Shown here: piece by piece, positions 17,974 to 20,000 of the stretch | How the letters are laid out: each line of letters begins with the position of its first letter | How positions within the stretch are numbered: the first letter of the stretch is position 1 | Notes under the pieces: model-generated | Database searches by the model: none | What the model was told of the DNA's origin: nothing | What the model saw: only the letters and a program-made list of their open reading frames with translations | Program-made: the position numbers and the translations under genes | IMG/VR virus record: IMGVR_UViG_3300046454_000431 | Direction: 5' to 3' (one strand) | Origin: an uncultured virus (IMG/VR IMGVR_UViG_3300046454_000431) | Lineage: Duplodnaviria; Heunggongvirae; Uroviricota; Caudoviricetes | DNA length: 20,000 bases

Positions 17974-18633
17974 TCAGACGGGTTGACGAAAAGCGACGAT
18001 GCGGCGGATCGACACCATGCCGTAGCCGACATTGTGCCGGTGGTTGCCCGACAGCAGCAGGATCGACGAGGGATAGACTTTGGCGACGATCCCGATGTGA
18101 TGGGGCAGGACGGCGACGGCGCCGACCCTGGGTGCGCTAGGCCGGCCATAGTGGGCGTAGGAGACGGCGGCGAGCGATCCCAGGCGGGAATAGCCGGCCT
18201 CTTTGAGCCACAGGCCCACGGAGGCCGCGCACCAGGGGCCATTGAAGCCGGTGAAATTGCCGCCGCCGACATAACGCTCCGCAACGTGCAGGAGGCGTGT
18301 GTCGCCGCCCAGGGACGCCGTGGGCGTGTAGAAACGAAAGCCGAACAGGCTGAAGCCCTGATCGGGTTCAGGGGCCACCGCCATCGCCGTGCGCGCATAG
18401 ACGCGGCGCTGATAGTGATGGTGGTGCGCAACAGGGCGCCAGCGATGATAGTAGCGGCGAGGTTCACGCCATCGAGGCTTCAGGCTTTCGAAGGATTTCT
18501 CCTGCGCCTCCATGCCAAAAATGCGCCGGATGTTGAAATTTTGACTGGACGTTTGCGGCGGCGGGTCCACACTGGCAAATGCCGGCGAGGAACACGCCAC
18601 GAGTAGAGCCGTGACGGCGAGCAGCTTTCGCAT
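17974..18633 (-). CDS. Exported CHAP/NlpC-P60-like cysteine peptidoglycan hydrolase (TIGR02594-like)
   Basis: Signal peptide MRKLLAVTALLVACSSPAFA (possible lipobox LVAC) and a His/Arg-rich linker. Catalytic-type motifs PWCAA, HIGIV and LLSGN. AAAGGA RBS. Confidence 0.8.
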   Translation of the reverse strand: MRKLLAVTALLVACSSPAFASVDPPPQTSSQNFNIRRIFGMEAQEKSFESLKPRWREPRRYYHRWRPVAHHHHYQRRVYARTAMAVAPEPDQGFSLFGFRFYTPTASLGGDTRLLHVAERYVGGGNFTGFNGPWCAASVGLWLKEAGYSRLGSLAAVSYAHYGRPSAPRVGAVAVLPHHIGIVAKVYPSSILLLSGNHRHNVGYGMVSIRRIVAFRQPV

Positions 18634-18653
18634 CTTGCATCCTTTCTGGACAT

Positions 18654-18688
18654 AAAAAGAGCGCGCCCTGCGCGAACAGGGCGCGCTC
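18654..18688 (-). terminator. Rho-independent terminator after the Gly-rich exported protein gene
   Basis: Perfect 12-bp stem GAGCGCGCCCTG/CAGGGCGCGCTC (18659-18670 / 18677-18688) with a 6-nt loop, followed on the minus strand by TTTTTAT. Confidence 0.85.
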
Positions 18689-18712
18689 GATTACTCAACT
18701 AGGACGTGACGA

Positions 18713-19075
18713 TCAGTGACCGGCGACGCCGCCGCCGACCGCAATCACGCTCGATCCGCCGCTGGAGGTGGCGCCGGCAAGGCCGTTGCCCGAAGATACG
18801 GCGCCCGTGGACGAAACGGACGAAGCCGTGCCGGCTCCCCCGCCGCCAGCCGCAACCGGGCCGAAGAACGTGCCGGTAGCGACGCCGCCGCCACCCGCAA
18901 CGCCGGTCGCGCCAGCGGTGGTGCCGCCAATCGCAGCCGCGTGGCCGAGCGAACCGACGACGGTCGTCGAGTGGGAGTTGGTGATGACGGTGCCGCCACC
19001 CACGCCGAAGTCGAGAGCGAAGGCCGGGGCCGCAAGCATCGACAGGCCGGCGGCGAGAACAAAGATCTTCTTCAT
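18713..19075 (-). CDS. Exported Gly/Ala/Ser/Thr-rich low-complexity protein
   Basis: Clear Sec signal MKKIFVLAAGLSMLAAPAFA. The mature ~100 aa is almost uncharged. GAGGA RBS at 19082-19086 and its own terminator downstream. Confidence 0.8.
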   Translation of the reverse strand: MKKIFVLAAGLSMLAAPAFALDFGVGGGTVITNSHSTTVVGSLGHAAAIGGTTAGATGVAGGGGVATGTFFGPVAAGGGGAGTASSVSSTGAVSSGNGLAGATSSGGSSVIAVGGGVAGH

Positions 19076-19095
19076 GCTATTTCCTCACGTGTGGT

Positions 19096-19376
19096 GCCAG
19101 GGAAACCGCCCTGGCGCGGATTTCAAGACTACCGCCCGCGACCACGAAACCGCTTATGTGACAGGTCGCGGACGGCAGCTTCTTGCTTTCGTGGCTGGGT
19201 CCGTTTGGAGCAAACCCAGGACGCCCCGCTCTCCACGGGGGACGCAAGATCTCTGCATGACCGCCGAGCCGGTGGGGACGAACCCTTCACCTTCCCTCGG
19301 CGGTCAGCTTGCTTTCGTGGCTCGCTGATGAGCAAGGGCCACGCCCGCTCGGTTCGGCGCGCGGGGACGCAAGATC
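19096..19376 (-). ncRNA. Candidate tandem structured RNA: two copies of a three-way-junction motif plus three hairpins; family not recognised
   Basis: Identical blocks CTTGCTTTCGTGGCT (19182-19196, 19308-19322) and GGGGACGCAAGATC (19238-19251, 19363-19376) flank variable but base-paired interiors. Hairpins at 19258-19306, 19128-19179 (G-U pairs only on the minus strand) and 19096-19115. Confidence 0.6.
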
Positions 19377-19998
19377 AGTTGGAGGCCGTCTTGACGCAGA
19401 CGCCGGCGTCAGCAGACTGGCGGGCGCCCTTGGTGCCGCAGGCGGCGACGACGTACTGGTGGCCTTTCTTGTCGAAGTAGCTGGCCGAACGCTTCATGTC
19501 GAGCGTCACGGGCTGCGACTTTTCGCCGGGAACCTTGCCGTGATATTCGCCCTTGAAGACCGGATGGCCGTAAGGCTCGACCACAGCGACCGTCTGCACG
19601 GCATATCGACCGATCCGACAGCGGACGCCAGAGGCGACCAGGGCCGAAGCTACTTCGTCGTCCTGGCACATGACCTGGATCGCGGCGTCACGCTGCCCGA
19701 AAGCCCATAGAGTGCGAGCGTTGAGGCGCTTGTTGCAAGGCCCGTCCTGCCAGGGAAAGCCAAGCGCCCCACCGCCGCCGACAGCGGCGCCGCCCAGGGA
19801 GACGGAGCCATTGCAGCTTTCAATGCCGGCGGCGCTCATGCCGGGGGCGAACACCGACGGCGACTGGCCGGTGGTGGTCGAATTGAAGGTGTTGGTGTTG
19901 GCCGCGCCAGACTGGTTGGCGTTGACGGAGCGGACGCCGACGTTCTGGCTGCTGTTGATGCGGCTGTTGACGTTGGAGTTGGAGCGCGAGGCCGAATT
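19375..19998 (-). CDS. Hypothetical protein (5'-truncated): Asn/Ser-rich N-region plus Cys-containing domain, probably exported
   Basis: Frame stays open to the window edge: ...NSASRSNSNVNSRINSSQNVGVRSVNANQSGAANTNTFNSTTTGQSPSVFAPGMSAAGIESCNGSVSLGG...D.PCNKRLNARTL...G...AAIQVMCQD. The AP......C.GS.S.G...D..C....A..L...MCQ pattern resembles a recurrent phage hypothetical family. Confidence 0.75.
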   Translation of the reverse strand, partial: NSASRSNSNVNSRINSSQNVGVRSVNANQSGAANTNTFNSTTTGQSPSVFAPGMSAAGIESCNGSVSLGGAAVGGGGALGFPWQDGPCNKRLNARTLWAFGQRDAAIQVMCQDDEVASALVASGVRCRIGRYAVQTVAVVEPYGHPVFKGEYHGKVPGEKSQPVTLDMKRSASYFDKKGHQYVVAACGTKGARQSADAGVCVKTASN

Positions 19999-20000
19999 GG

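Noticed and set aside
19205..19322. Resemblance to c-di-GMP-I (GCAAAC...GGGACGCAA), FMN (CCACGAAAG, CCCCACCGG) or SAH (CCGAGG...GGCUCGG) riboswitches
   Set aside because: Only short words match. Their order, strand and the remaining conserved cores do not fit any of these families.
19181..19376. Hammerhead ribozyme (CTGATGAG at 19325 on +; GUC...GAAA three-way layout on -)
   Set aside because: CUGAUGA and GAAA lie on opposite strands. The minus-strand units lack the CUGAnGA core and the plus strand lacks GAAA after stem II.
19182..19376. CRISPR mini-array
   Set aside because: Only two copies of 14-15-nt blocks, the interiors are related and structured rather than unique spacers, and there are no cas genes.
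18716..19710. Plus-strand ORFs spanning the structured intergenic region (18716-19480, 18768-19328, 19309-19710) and minus ORF 19129-19335
   Set aside because: They are antisense to clear genes or have Arg/Pro-rich non-coding-like composition with no RBS. The region is better explained by RNA structure.

Overview
A phage or prophage segment, probably a short-tailed (podovirus-like) virus of an alphaproteobacterial host, inferred from a GcrA homolog and the high GC content. The + strand (1-16235) is a tightly coupled virion/lysis operon. In order it carries: a 5'-truncated tail fibre with a C-terminal peptidase S74 chaperone, a GH19 endolysin, a putative holin, a head-tail adaptor, a tail nozzle (P22 gp10/T7 gp12-like), two small virion proteins, a GNAT-fold protein, three large candidate ejection proteins, and a tail-collar fibre. 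The first ejection protein (1535 aa) has an internal S74 autocleavage domain plus M15-peptidase and GH24-lysozyme domains. The - strand (16232-20000) holds accessory genes: GcrA, small hypotheticals, a MazG-like pyrophosphatase, an exported CHAP-like hydrolase, an exported Gly-rich protein and a 5'-truncated Asn/Ser-rich, Cys-containing protein. The most unusual element is the ~300-nt intergenic region 19076-19376. It holds two diverged copies of a three-way-junction RNA motif, each followed by a long hairpin whose loop can pair back into the motif. This is a candidate tandem riboswitch, ribozyme or sRNA that I cannot assign to a known family. A recurrent A-x-G-G-type motif shared by several virion proteins is a second candidate system. 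All family calls come from motif recognition by eye; no searches were run.
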